From assembly GCA_023819145.1 (NCBI GenBank), contig JAMWCW010000002.1:139231-203230 (forward strand): 64,000 nucleotides of DNA, given 5' to 3'. This document shows positions 18,414-28,187 of this stretch, piece after piece. The notes under the pieces are model-generated. The model did not search any database and was not told the origin of the DNA. It saw nothing but the letters and a program-made list of their open reading frames with translations. A program made the translations under genes and the position numbers. Each line of letters begins with the position of its first letter. Position 1 is the first letter of the stretch. Source of the DNA: Candidatus Omnitrophota bacterium. Lineage in GTDB: Bacteria > Omnitrophota > Gorgyraeia > DTHP01.

Positions 18414-19295
18414 TTAAACATTTAAAATCTTTTGTTGTTCCCAGAATTCCCTGAACATAAACCATTGCTCGGGATATCTTCTTACATATTGTTCTATAAT
18501 ATCCATAATATCCTGGGTAAGTCTCAAAATATCCTTCTCGTAATCTCCTGAGGGAGTAAATTGAATCGGCTTTTCTAAATAAAGGGTAAAAGTATTGTCT
18601 TTCTCTCTAATGGTAAAACCAGGAACAATTACTGCTCCTGTTCTTAAAGATAAGGTAGCGGGACCACGGGGAACCCGAAAAGGCCTACCTAAGAAATTGA
18701 TTTCCGTCTTATTACCATGGGGACTAAAATCACGATCTCCCAACATCGCTACCATTTCGTTATTCTTCAGTGCCTCAAAACAGCGACGTAAAGCAATACC
18801 TAAGGGAATAACTCTAATCCCTTTTCTCTGTCGCTGATAGATAAATATCTTATTTATACGCGGGTCATTGTGTTCCCAAGCAACTGCATTTACAGGATAT
18901 CCCTTTTGCGCCATAATTATACCGCCAAGCTCCCAATTACCCAAATGCGCAGTAAGCCCCAAAATGCCTTTACCTCTTTTAAAAGCATTGTCCATATTCT
19001 CTAAACCGACGATGCGCACTTTTTCTCTTAAAAAACGCTTGTCTATTAGACCGAACCTAAAAAAGTCTACCAAGTTCTTAGCAAAATTGCGAAAAACTTG
19101 ACGGCTATATTCATCAATATCTTTTTCCTTAATTCCTATAATTTTTAGATTATGCCTTAAAGCTTTGCGTTCTCTACAGTAAAAGATGTAATAAATATCT
19201 GCAATAAAAGAAGCAATTCTATAAGCACAACCGCGTGGCAACCCGATACTTAAATCTTGAGCCAGTCTATAAAAAAAATATTGATTTTTCATCAC
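18414..19295 (-). CDS. Lysophospholipid acyltransferase superfamily protein (LpxL/HtrB/PatA-like)
   Basis: AHLGNWE catalytic motif, LGDRD, F.GRP...P.GPA and PEQWF. Confidence 0.85.
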   Translation of the reverse strand: MMKNQYFFYRLAQDLSIGLPRGCAYRIASFIADIYYIFYCRERKALRHNLKIIGIKEKDIDEYSRQVFRNFAKNLVDFFRFGLIDKRFLREKVRIVGLENMDNAFKRGKGILGLTAHLGNWELGGIIMAQKGYPVNAVAWEHNDPRINKIFIYQRQRKGIRVIPLGIALRRCFEALKNNEMVAMLGDRDFSPHGNKTEINFLGRPFRVPRGPATLSLRTGAVIVPGFTIREKDNTFTLYLEKPIQFTPSGDYEKDILRLTQDIMDIIEQYVRRYPEQWFMFREFWEQQKILNV

Positions 19296-20422
19296 TACAA
19301 AGCGTTCTCAATAATCAATTTCGCTATTTGCAATGAAGAGTCGGGATAACCATAGCGAATAGCCTCACGATGCATTTGTTCTAATTTTAAAGGATTAGTA
19401 AGTAATTCTCTAAGCAGTATCCCCACTTCCAACTCATCATTTGCCTTAAGGGCAACATTCGCCTTAAGCAAAAAATCGGTATTTTTTGCCTCCTGTCCAG
19501 GAAGTGGACGGATAATAACCATAGGAATTCCTTTTGCCAGCGCTTCTGCGGTAGTCAACCCTCCTGGTTTCGTGATGAGGACAGTAGATATCTCCATTAG
19601 CTCGTCAATATTGTCTATATAGCCTAAAATAAGCAAGGGTTTTTTAACATTTCTTTTCCTTAGGGAAAGTTTTTTGTAAAGAAATTTGTTCCTACCACAA
19701 ATAACTACCATCTGTAAAGGAGTGGGGAGATGAGAAATTATATTTACTATTTTATTTATGGGCCCTAACCCTTGACTCCCACCCATAATAAGTATAACGG
19801 GTAATTGTGGATTAAGATTTAACTTCTCAAAAATTTTACTCTTGTCTTTTTCTTTTCTAAATTCAGGAGCCACCGGAATGCCCAATATCCTTATTCTTTC
19901 TCCAGGTACCCCTTCACTTTTTAAACGATGAGCAGTATCTTCTGAAGGAACAACATAGAAATCTACTGAATCATACAACCAATAGGAATGAGCAACGTAA
20001 TCCGTCAAAACCCCAATCAGAGAGGTATTAAAACCATAGGTTTTTTTATAATCTGCAATCATACCACAAGGAAAAGCCTGTGTACAAACCACTGCATGGG
20101 GACGGAAATCTTCCAAGAGAATTTTTAGTTTCCCAGAATTAAAACGGTGAATAATCTCTCTAAATTTCTGGGTGTTTTTCACAATTTTAGGGTTATCGTA
20201 AAGATAATCCCAAACTTCGGGCTTGTTTTTTATCAACGACATATATGTGCGGTTAATAATCCGTGCAAGTATGGGATTAGTGTAGGTAAAAGCATCAATA
20301 TTAAATATCTCAACCTTATCAGAAGTAAATTCACGCAAGGCCTTCTCAATTGCAAGACTTGCGCGGTGGTGCCCAGAATTGGGAGTAATGTACATTAAAA
20401 GAATTCTCTTCTTATTCATCAC
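19295..20422 (-). CDS. MGDG synthase/UgtP-like diacylglycerol glycosyltransferase (GT28-like)
   Basis: SGHHRA, VLTDY..H..W, GIPV, MGGSQG, ITKPGGLT.AEA and PGQE..N. Confidence 0.88.
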   Translation of the reverse strand: MMNKKRILLMYITPNSGHHRASLAIEKALREFTSDKVEIFNIDAFTYTNPILARIINRTYMSLIKNKPEVWDYLYDNPKIVKNTQKFREIIHRFNSGKLKILLEDFRPHAVVCTQAFPCGMIADYKKTYGFNTSLIGVLTDYVAHSYWLYDSVDFYVVPSEDTAHRLKSEGVPGERIRILGIPVAPEFRKEKDKSKIFEKLNLNPQLPVILIMGGSQGLGPINKIVNIISHLPTPLQMVVICGRNKFLYKKLSLRKRNVKKPLLILGYIDNIDELMEISTVLITKPGGLTTAEALAKGIPMVIIRPLPGQEAKNTDFLLKANVALKANDELEVGILLRELLTNPLKLEQMHREAIRYGYPDSSLQIAKLIIENAL

Positions 20423-20652
20423 TATTCAATAATAGCCAAAAGATCACCAACTTTAACAATTTCTCCTACGTTGGCATAAATTTTTTTTAATATTCCTGAA
20501 CAAGGTGTAGGCAAATTAAAAGTCGTCTTCTCTGTAGCCAGCTCCACTAAATCTACCCCCTCTTCAACATGTTCTCCTTCTTCAAAATACCAGTAAGAGA
20601 TAGTTGCTTGTGTGATTCCTTCTCCCAATTCAGGTAAGATTATTTCAGGCAT
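20422..20652 (-). CDS. Stand-alone lipoyl-domain protein (E2-type)
   Basis: 76 aa: LPELGEGI..ATI..W...G..V...LVELATEKTT..LP.P.SG; lipoyl-Lys in TEKT; GGAGG RBS. Confidence 0.88.
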   Translation of the reverse strand: MPEIILPELGEGITQATISYWYFEEGEHVEEGVDLVELATEKTTFNLPTPCSGILKKIYANVGEIVKVGDLLAIIE

Positions 20653-20683
20653 TCTATCCTCCTTTTTTAAAAAACAAAAATAT

Positions 20684-21556
20684 TCAGATGCTTCTAAATT
20701 TATCCTTTATTGCTGTAAAAATCTCTTCCGCCAAATAAGAACTCCTTACAAAAGGACCTGCTAGAACATATTTAAAACCAATTCCCTCGGCAATTTCTCG
20801 ATAGTAACTAAATGTTTGGGGATTAATATACTCCTTAACTTCTAAACTGTTTTCTCCTGGTCTTAGATATTGTCCCAACGTAAGAATATCCACTCCTATT
20901 TTAGATAAATCATTCATTACTCGCTTCACTTCCTTTTTCTTTTCCCCCAAACCTAATATAAGACCGGATTTAGTTAAACTACCAAATTTTTTCGCTATTT
21001 TCAAGACTTTCAATGAGGTATGATAGTTTGCATCTGGTCTTATTTGGGGATAGAGACGGGGAACGGTTTCGATATTGTGATTGAGCACATCTAAACCACT
21101 TTTTACAACCAATTCAATAAGTGCCTCTTTACTCCCAAAATCGGGAATTAATGCCTCTACGACAACCGAGGGCTGTAGAAATTTCATCCTCCTAATTATC
21201 CGTGCAAAATGCTCTGCGCCTTTATCGGGTAAGTCATCACGACTGACCGAGGTAAGCACAAGATGTTTTATTCCTAAACAAATGACTGCCTGACAAATAT
21301 TGTCCACTTCTTCTTCGTAAAATAAGATGGGCTTACCTTTTTTAACAAAACAGAAACGACAATTCCTGGTGCATTTATTTCCTAAAATAAGGAGAGTGAA
21401 TCTTTTCTTAGAGAAACACTCACTCATATTTGGACAACGTGCCTCTTCACAAACAGTCCTTAAATTAAACTTTCTTAAAATTAGTCTAACCTGATTAAAT
21501 TCTCTCGTATTGTAAAAACGTTTGACCAGCCAATGAGGATACTGGCAAAATTTCAT
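20684..21556 (-). CDS. lipA: Lipoyl synthase
   Basis: CEEARCPNMSEC, radical SAM CTRNCRFC and C-terminal RSSY. Confidence 0.96.
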   Translation of the reverse strand: MKFCQYPHWLVKRFYNTREFNQVRLILRKFNLRTVCEEARCPNMSECFSKKRFTLLILGNKCTRNCRFCFVKKGKPILFYEEEVDNICQAVICLGIKHLVLTSVSRDDLPDKGAEHFARIIRRMKFLQPSVVVEALIPDFGSKEALIELVVKSGLDVLNHNIETVPRLYPQIRPDANYHTSLKVLKIAKKFGSLTKSGLILGLGEKKKEVKRVMNDLSKIGVDILTLGQYLRPGENSLEVKEYINPQTFSYYREIAEGIGFKYVLAGPFVRSSYLAEEIFTAIKDKFRSI

Positions 21557-22199
21557 AACTAAACCTTTCCTTTCTCATCAAATTTATCAAAGCCATTAAT
21601 AGGTTTTTTTTCATCACCTCTTCAGAAGAAAGATTCTTAATCTCTTCTTTTAGAGAAGTAACTTTGAGATTTTTTATTCCACAAGGAATTATATATTCAA
21701 AGAGTTTTAAATCAGGATTGATATTAATACTTAATCCGTGAAAAGTAACCCATCTACTTATGCCAATGCCGATAAAACTAATTTTTTTCTCTCCTATCCA
21801 AACACCGGGTAGCTTCCTATCAACTGTTGCTTTAAGTTTAAAACAATCCAGGAAATCTACGACCCAATTTTGCAAAAATTTAAGATAAAAACTAATATCT
21901 TTTTTCCAGTTCTCTAAATTCCAAATAGGATAAATTACCCATTGGCCGGGAAGATGCAAGGTAACTCCTCCACCCCGATTAAGAGTGTAAATATCAATCC
22001 CCCTTTCTTCTAATGTCTTCTTAGCAACAAGAATATCGGTTTCTTTAGCATTTCTGCCCAGTGTAATCACCGGATAAAATTGGCTGAATAAAACAACATC
22101 TCCACACAAACTATCTTTTCTTTTTTTTAAGAAATCCTCCTGGATTGATTGAACTTCATTAAATTTTCTTAGACCCAAATCAATAAAATTTATCTTCAT
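21495..22199 (-). CDS. lipB: Octanoyltransferase
   Basis: RGGGVTLH.PGQ, GVW...KI..IG, HG.SIN and PCG. Confidence 0.93.
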   Translation of the reverse strand: MKINFIDLGLRKFNEVQSIQEDFLKKRKDSLCGDVVLFSQFYPVITLGRNAKETDILVAKKTLEERGIDIYTLNRGGGVTLHLPGQWVIYPIWNLENWKKDISFYLKFLQNWVVDFLDCFKLKATVDRKLPGVWIGEKKISFIGIGISRWVTFHGLSININPDLKLFEYIIPCGIKNLKVTSLKEEIKNLSSEEVMKKNLLMALINLMRKERFSYEILPVSSLAGQTFLQYERI

Positions 22200-23569
22200 A
22201 CCAGATGTAGAGAAAAGTTCAAAGAAGCAAGAATTGTCTCGGGGACTATTTCAGAAAAAGTGGGATGGGGATGAATGGTTTCTAAAATGTCTTTAATTTT
22301 AATCCTGTTCTTAATCGCAAGTACCAATTCAGAAATAATATTTGTAACATCAGGGCCAATAGCCTGAGCACCCAAAATAATATTTTCTTTTTTATCAACT
22401 ACTAATTTCAAAAAACCCTCCGTTTCTCCACTAGCATGGGACTTTCCTAATGCACGAAAAGGAAACTTTCCAACGCTGTAATCAAAATTCATCTTCTTTA
22501 AATCACTTTCTTTAATCCCTACGCTAGCAATCTCGGGAAAAGTATAAATACAGTTTGGTGCTATTTTATAATCAATCTTTATGTTTTTACCTTCAATATT
22601 CTCAACAACCCTTTCTCCCTGAAACATAGCTACATGAGCCAGCAGAACCTCGCCAATTACATCACCAACAGCAAAGATGTTTGGGACACTTGTTCTTAAA
22701 TAATCATCTGTAACAATCCATCCTTTCCTTAAATAAACTCCTAATTCTTCAAGCCCCAGATTGCGAGAGTTTGGAATCCTTCCCACAGCTACGAGTATTT
22801 TTTCCGCCTCAATACTTTTGCCATCAGAAAGAGATACTTTAACCTCTTCCTTTCCGAAATTAACTTCCTCTATTTTCCGTCCAGTAAAAATATTGATCCC
22901 TCTTTTCTTAAAACTTAATTCTAAAGCATGAGATATTTCCCAATCTTCATGAGGAAGAATATTCTCTAATAATTCCACTATTGTAACCTTTACTCCCAGA
23001 GAATTAAATAAAGAACCAAATTCACAACCTATGGCTCCTCCCCCCACGATAATAAGAGAAGAAAACAAACTACCTTTCTCCAAAATATCATCACTTGAAA
23101 GAATTGTTTTATGGTCAAATTTTAAATGGGGTAACTCGAGAGGCAAAGAGCCCGTGGCAAGAATAATGTTTTTTGCTTTTACCTCCTCCGAACACTCTTC
23201 TATCGCTATCGTTTCCTCGTTAACCAGTCTTGCTCTTCCTTTAATCAAATCTACTCCTTTTAATTTAAAAAGATACTCTATGCCTTTACGCAAATTGTCA
23301 ACTACACGTTCTTTACGCTCCCATATTTTTGCGTTTTCTACTTCAAATTGATTGACCTTTATCCCAAATTCATCTGCTTTGCGAAGAGAGTCAATCTGAC
23401 GGGCGGATTCCAAAAGGGTTTTCGTGGGGATGCAACCAAGATTAAGGCAAACTCCTCCTACCTTATCTTGCTCAATAACTGCGGTTTTAAAACCCTTCTG
23501 CGCTGAACGCAAACCCGCTACATATCCCCCTGGTCCTGACCCAATAACAACAACATCGTATCCCTGCAT
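22196..23569 (-). CDS. lpdA: Dihydrolipoamide dehydrogenase
   Basis: GSGPGGY, GGVCLNLGCIPTK redox disulfide, GGGAIG.E and HPHPTFSE. Confidence 0.95.
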   Translation of the reverse strand: MQGYDVVVIGSGPGGYVAGLRSAQKGFKTAVIEQDKVGGVCLNLGCIPTKTLLESARQIDSLRKADEFGIKVNQFEVENAKIWERKERVVDNLRKGIEYLFKLKGVDLIKGRARLVNEETIAIEECSEEVKAKNIILATGSLPLELPHLKFDHKTILSSDDILEKGSLFSSLIIVGGGAIGCEFGSLFNSLGVKVTIVELLENILPHEDWEISHALELSFKKRGINIFTGRKIEEVNFGKEEVKVSLSDGKSIEAEKILVAVGRIPNSRNLGLEELGVYLRKGWIVTDDYLRTSVPNIFAVGDVIGEVLLAHVAMFQGERVVENIEGKNIKIDYKIAPNCIYTFPEIASVGIKESDLKKMNFDYSVGKFPFRALGKSHASGETEGFLKLVVDKKENIILGAQAIGPDVTNIISELVLAIKNRIKIKDILETIHPHPTFSEIVPETILASLNFSLHLV

Positions 23570-23587
23570 AACTAAGTTGTTAAACTA

Positions 23588-24517
23588 CTAAATTGATAAT
23601 TTTTGTATAGAAAAGCGAATTTCTTCTGCCTGTTCTTGAAGTAATTTTTTTTCTTCAAAAGTTAAATCCAATTCAATTATTTCCTCAATTCCCTTCCTCC
23701 CAATCCTTGCTAAATTGCCTAAGGTAACATCCTTTAAACCATAATAACCGTCCAAATAACAACAAACAGGCATAATCTCTTTTTTATCTTTGACAATTGC
23801 TTCAACCATCCTCATAACTCCAGCAGAAGGAGCAAAAAAAGCACTGCCTCCTTTAAGTAATCCTACAATCTCCGAACCGCGTCTTCTTGTTCTTTCTTCT
23901 GCAGTTTTTAAATCTTCAGTTCTTAAGATATTAATTATCCCCTTCTTCTTATACCTACAGAAACGCGAAAGAAGAAGCATTTTATCTGAATGGCTACCTA
24001 AAACTACACTTTTTATATCTCGAGGTGGAGTCTTTATAAAATCTGCTAATTGGACAGAAAACCGTGCAGAATCTAATACCCCTGCCATTCCCATTACCCG
24101 TGTTGAGGAAAAACCGCTTAATTTTAGAGTAAGATGCGTAAGAATGTCAAGGGGATTGGTTACGACGATGATGATAGAATTTTTTGCATACTCTTTTATT
24201 CCGGATACTGCTTCCTTAATTACCTGGGCATTCTTTTCCAGAAGTTCCTCTCGGGCCATCCCTGGTTTGCGCGTAAACCCTGCGGTAATTATCACAATAT
24301 CTGAATCTTTTATGTTTGCGTAATCTCCCGTTGCAGTAACTTTTGCTCTATAGCCCATAATCGCACCTGCATCCGTTAAATCAAAAGCCTTTGCTTTCGC
24401 TAAATCTTCTTGGATATCTAATAAAACAACATCTGCTAAATCAAGTTCCAAAATACGCATTGCGGTTTGTGCCCCTACATTACCTGCGCCGATAATTGAA
24501 ATTTTTGTCTTTTCCAT
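23588..24517 (-). CDS. mdh: Malate dehydrogenase (LDH-like)
   Basis: GAGNVG, TAG..RKPGM.R (malate-specifying Arg), VTNPLD and LDSARF. Confidence 0.9.
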   Translation of the reverse strand: MEKTKISIIGAGNVGAQTAMRILELDLADVVLLDIQEDLAKAKAFDLTDAGAIMGYRAKVTATGDYANIKDSDIVIITAGFTRKPGMAREELLEKNAQVIKEAVSGIKEYAKNSIIIVVTNPLDILTHLTLKLSGFSSTRVMGMAGVLDSARFSVQLADFIKTPPRDIKSVVLGSHSDKMLLLSRFCRYKKKGIINILRTEDLKTAEERTRRRGSEIVGLLKGGSAFFAPSAGVMRMVEAIVKDKKEIMPVCCYLDGYYGLKDVTLGNLARIGRKGIEEIIELDLTFEEKKLLQEQAEEIRFSIQKLSI

Positions 24518-24548
24518 CGTAAATTATTAAATTATTTCTAATAGAGGA

Positions 24549-24578
24549 ATTTTAACATAAAGGAATCGGGATGGTCAA
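24549..24578 (-). promoter_or_regulatory. Internal sigma70-type promoter upstream of mdh
   Basis: Minus strand TTGACC-N18-TAAAAT with TGn extension. Confidence 0.55.
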
Positions 24579-24592
24579 GGAAATTGGATGAA

Positions 24593-25681
24593 TTATTTGA
24601 TAGCTCGGCAAATTGCTTCCGCCATCTGCAGTGTACCTACAGCAGTAGGGTCATTCCGCTGAGGTTTTAAGTCATAGGTTACAAACTTTCCTTCCTTAAT
24701 AACTTTGGCTACTGCCTGTTCCAATTTTGACGCAGCTTCCATTTCTCCTAAGTACCTAAGCATTAATACTCCCGAAAGGATAGTCGCACTAGGATTTATC
24801 TTATTCTGACCAGTGTATTTAGGAGCACTACCATGAACGGGTTCAAAAAGAGCAATACCCTCTCCGATATTGGCTCCCGGAGCCAACCCTAAACCACCCA
24901 CAAGCCCTGCACATAAGTCAGAGATAATATCTCCATAAAGATTAGGTAAAACCAGAATATCAAAATTTTCCGGTCTTTGAACAAGCTGCATGGCAAGATT
25001 ATCCACAATGACAGAATCAAAATCAACCTTTCCTTTATATTCTTGGGACAATTCTTCTGCTGTTTTTAAGAAAAGACCGTCAGTAAATTTCATAATATTT
25101 GCTTTATGTACACAGGTAACTTTTCTGCGTTTATTCTGTAGAGCATATTCAAAAGCAAAACGCACAATACGTCTAGAGGCAAAACGGGAAATAGGTTTTA
25201 TGCTTATCCCGGAATCAAATCTTATTCTTTTCTTTGTAAATTTTTCTATCTCTTCAATCAATTTTATGGTTTCTTCATCCCCTTCTTTAAGTTCTATACC
25301 GGCATATAAGTCTTCGCTATTTTCCCGAATTATCACTAAATCAATCCCTAAATCCTTATAATACGTTCTTACTCCTGGATATGATTTGCAAGGTCTTATA
25401 CAGGCAAATAGGTTGAGTTCTTGTCTCAAAACAACATTTACCGACCGAAAACCACTACCTACAGGTGTAGTGATAGGACCTTTTAGAGCAACTTTGTTCT
25501 TGCGTACAGATTCTAAAACTGCTTTTGGAAGCGGGGTGCCATACTTCGCTATCGCTTTTTCTCCTGCAACGTGTTCCTCCCAATCAATTTTAACTCCGGT
25601 GGCAGAAATACACATCTTCGCCGCAGAAATTACTTCTGGACCTATGCCATCTCCCGGAATTAAAGTAACCTTGTAGGACAT
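24593..25681 (-). CDS. icd: Isocitrate dehydrogenase, probably NADP-dependent
   Basis: [16 protein letters not shown] (S-x-N isocitrate signature), [23 protein letters not shown] and VTYDL (Lys/Tyr NADP determinants). Confidence 0.82.
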   Translation of the reverse strand: MSYKVTLIPGDGIGPEVISAAKMCISATGVKIDWEEHVAGEKAIAKYGTPLPKAVLESVRKNKVALKGPITTPVGSGFRSVNVVLRQELNLFACIRPCKSYPGVRTYYKDLGIDLVIIRENSEDLYAGIELKEGDEETIKLIEEIEKFTKKRIRFDSGISIKPISRFASRRIVRFAFEYALQNKRRKVTCVHKANIMKFTDGLFLKTAEELSQEYKGKVDFDSVIVDNLAMQLVQRPENFDILVLPNLYGDIISDLCAGLVGGLGLAPGANIGEGIALFEPVHGSAPKYTGQNKINPSATILSGVLMLRYLGEMEAASKLEQAVAKVIKEGKFVTYDLKPQRNDPTAVGTLQMAEAICRAIK

Positions 25682-25776
25682 ATTTAAAAAAAATAAAAGT
25701 GCCGCCTCCTAACTTTGGAACAAATTCTAATTAAATAAATTTAGAATTTCAATATTTGGCTTTCGAATTTTATCTA

Positions 25777-26259
25777 TTATATTTTGTGTTTTTTAAAATA
25801 TTCTATCGCTCCCCCTGCTCTAAGAATCTCCTGCATCAAAGAGGGCAAAGGTTTTATATCTATCACTATATCTTTAGTAATATTCCTTATTTTATTACTC
25901 TCTAAATCTATTTCTAATTCATCGCTATCATCTATTCTTGAGGTATCCGCTTCAATAAGCATAAGCCCTAAATTTATGGCATTGCGGTAAAAAATCCGTG
26001 CAAAACTCTTGGCAAGCACCGCCTTAACACCACTTACCTTTATGGCTAAAGGAGCCTGTTCCCGAGAAGAACCACAACCAAAATTCCTCCCTGCAACAAC
26101 AAAATCTCCATCTTTAATCTTCTGAAAAAAACCGGGGGAAATATCCTCAAATATATGTTTTGCCAATTCCTTTGGGTCGGTAATAGAAAATTTATACCTT
26201 CCTGAGATGATATAATCAGTGTTTATATCATTGCCAAATTTATGTGCTTTTCCCTGCAT
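25777..26259 (-). CDS. LeuD/HacB-type hydro-lyase small subunit
   Basis: [19 protein letters not shown] and [12 protein letters not shown]. Confidence 0.88.
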   Translation of the reverse strand: MQGKAHKFGNDINTDYIISGRYKFSITDPKELAKHIFEDISPGFFQKIKDGDFVVAGRNFGCGSSREQAPLAIKVSGVKAVLAKSFARIFYRNAINLGLMLIEADTSRIDDSDELEIDLESNKIRNITKDIVIDIKPLPSLMQEILRAGGAIEYFKKHKI

Positions 26260-26263
26260 ATTA

Positions 26264-27517
26264 TTAAAGATACTTTCTTGGATCGGTGATTTTCCCTTCT
26301 ATTGCAGAAGCAGTAACCGTTGCCGGAGAAGCCAAGTATATCTCTGCATTGGGATTTCCCATCCTTCCTTTAAAATTCCTATTGGCGGTGGAGATAATCA
26401 CTTCATTATCTGCAGGAACTCCTGCATGGGTACCCACACAAGGACCGCAACCCGGAGAAATAACTACTGCCCCTGCTTTAATAAACACTTCTATTATCCC
26501 TTTATTCAATGCTTCTAGGAATACTCTCTTCGAGGCAGGAGCTACAATAAATCTAACTTCGGGATGAATTTTCTTGTTTCTTAAAATTTTTGCAGAAATT
26601 TCTAAATCTTCTAATCTACCATTGGTGCAGGTACCTAAAAAAGCTTGATTAATAACTGTACCTTTTACTACTGAAATAGGCTTGACATTATCTACGCTAT
26701 GAGGACAAGCAACCTGTGGCTCAATTTTAGAAATATCAAATTCTTTCACTTCGAGGTATTTTGCATCTTTATCGGGTAAAACAGGATTCAATTTCTTCTT
26801 GGTTTTATCTTTAAGCCAATTTTCTGTCTTTTTGTCAAAAAGCATAATCCCTGCCTTTGCCCCTATCTCCACGGACATATTGGCAATGGTAAAACGGCCA
26901 TCCATGCTTAACCCGCTTATTACATTACCCGTATACTCCACTGCCCTATAGTTAGCATAATCTGCTTTAACCTTACCAATAATATATAAAATAACATCCT
27001 TAGCAAAGCAACCAAAAGAAAGGTTGCCCTCAACAATGAATTTTATGGACTCAGGCACTAGGAACCAGTTCTTTCCATACGCTAAAATTATGGCGATGTC
27101 AGTGGATCCCATTCCAGAGGCAAAGGCATTCAATGCTCCATAGGTACAGGTGTGAGAATCCGCTCCACAAACTAAACCACCTGGCATGACAAAACCACTT
27201 TCGGGTATAACCTGATGGCAAATCCCTTCGCCGATATTATAAAGCCGTATTCTTTTTCCGTCACAAAAATTACGCATTACATTATGAATTTCAGAAATCT
27301 TCTGATTCGGGCTGGGAGAACTATGGTCTATGACCATCGCAAAAGCCCTATTCTTGGCAGGAGATTCTTTTCCTAATGAATTGAACTTCTCTATAACAAG
27401 AAGAGATGTTCCATCCTGGCTAAAAGAAAAATCAACATCTGCTATAACAATATCGCCGGATTTAACATTTTTTCTACTATGGCGTGAAAATATCTTCTCG
27501 CTTATTGTTTGACCCAT
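26264..27517 (-). CDS. LeuC/HacA-type 4Fe-4S hydro-lyase large subunit (short archaeal-type)
   Basis: IDH, GICHQ, DSHTCTYG, GTCTNGR, GCGPCVG and NRNFKGRMG. Confidence 0.9.
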   Translation of the reverse strand: MGQTISEKIFSRHSRKNVKSGDIVIADVDFSFSQDGTSLLVIEKFNSLGKESPAKNRAFAMVIDHSSPSPNQKISEIHNVMRNFCDGKRIRLYNIGEGICHQVIPESGFVMPGGLVCGADSHTCTYGALNAFASGMGSTDIAIILAYGKNWFLVPESIKFIVEGNLSFGCFAKDVILYIIGKVKADYANYRAVEYTGNVISGLSMDGRFTIANMSVEIGAKAGIMLFDKKTENWLKDKTKKKLNPVLPDKDAKYLEVKEFDISKIEPQVACPHSVDNVKPISVVKGTVINQAFLGTCTNGRLEDLEISAKILRNKKIHPEVRFIVAPASKRVFLEALNKGIIEVFIKAGAVVISPGCGPCVGTHAGVPADNEVIISTANRNFKGRMGNPNAEIYLASPATVTASAIEGKITDPRKYL

Positions 27518-27545
27518 TTAAATTTCAAAGAAAAATTTATAGAGT

Positions 27546-28187
27546 TTAAAGCTCTTTTTTATCTTTTTTTCTTTTAAACAGACTTCGAATTCCTTCCAAG
27601 AAACTCTTGGGTTTCTCTTCTCGAAGAGCTGGGGCAGGTTCTTCTTTTTTAATCTCTTTTATCTCTTTTTCTTTCTGAATTGGTTTAACTTCTTTCTTAG
27701 GTAATACTTCCTTATCTTTTTCTGCCTCTTGAGGAGAAATTTCTTTTTCTAATCTCTCCTCTTTTTCTCTCTTTAAATCGGCTGTGGCTTTCTTCTTTTT
27801 CTTAGGAGGCATCTTCTTTTTCTCTTTTGGTTTTTGGATGGTTAATTCAATAATCGCTAAGGGAGCACCGTCTCCTCTTCTGTTTTTATAGTGAACAATG
27901 CGTGTAAATCCAGAATCGACGTCTTTGAAACGAGGAGCAATGTCTTTAAACAACTTATCTACCAAATCTCTATCCTGTAAGATTCTGAAGGCAGAGCGTT
28001 TGCTGTTAAAATCATTCTTCTTACCCAACTTTATAAGTTCATCAAAAATACGCCGGCTTTCTTTAGCCTTGGTTAAAGTAGTAGTTATCTTTTCACAACT
28101 GAAAAAAGCCCTCGCCATACTCCGTAATAAAGCCTTCCTACTACTGCCAAAACGAGAAAGACGACGATGTTTTTTTCTGTGTCTCAT
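27546..28187 (-). CDS. rplQ: 50S ribosomal protein L17 with a long charged C-terminal extension
   Basis: MRHRK, ITTTLTKAKE, GFTRI and RRGDGA, followed by about 95 aa of K/E-rich tail. Confidence 0.95.
   Translation of the reverse strand: MRHRKKHRRLSRFGSSRKALLRSMARAFFSCEKITTTLTKAKESRRIFDELIKLGKKNDFNSKRSAFRILQDRDLVDKLFKDIAPRFKDVDSGFTRIVHYKNRRGDGAPLAIIELTIQKPKEKKKMPPKKKKKATADLKREKEERLEKEISPQEAEKDKEVLPKKEVKPIQKEKEIKEIKKEEPAPALREEKPKSFLEGIRSLFKRKKDKKEL

Noticed and set aside
24593-25681. Calling the dehydrogenase leuB because it follows leuCD-like genes
   Set aside because: It has the S-x-N isocitrate motif and NADP-type residues rather than IPMDH signatures
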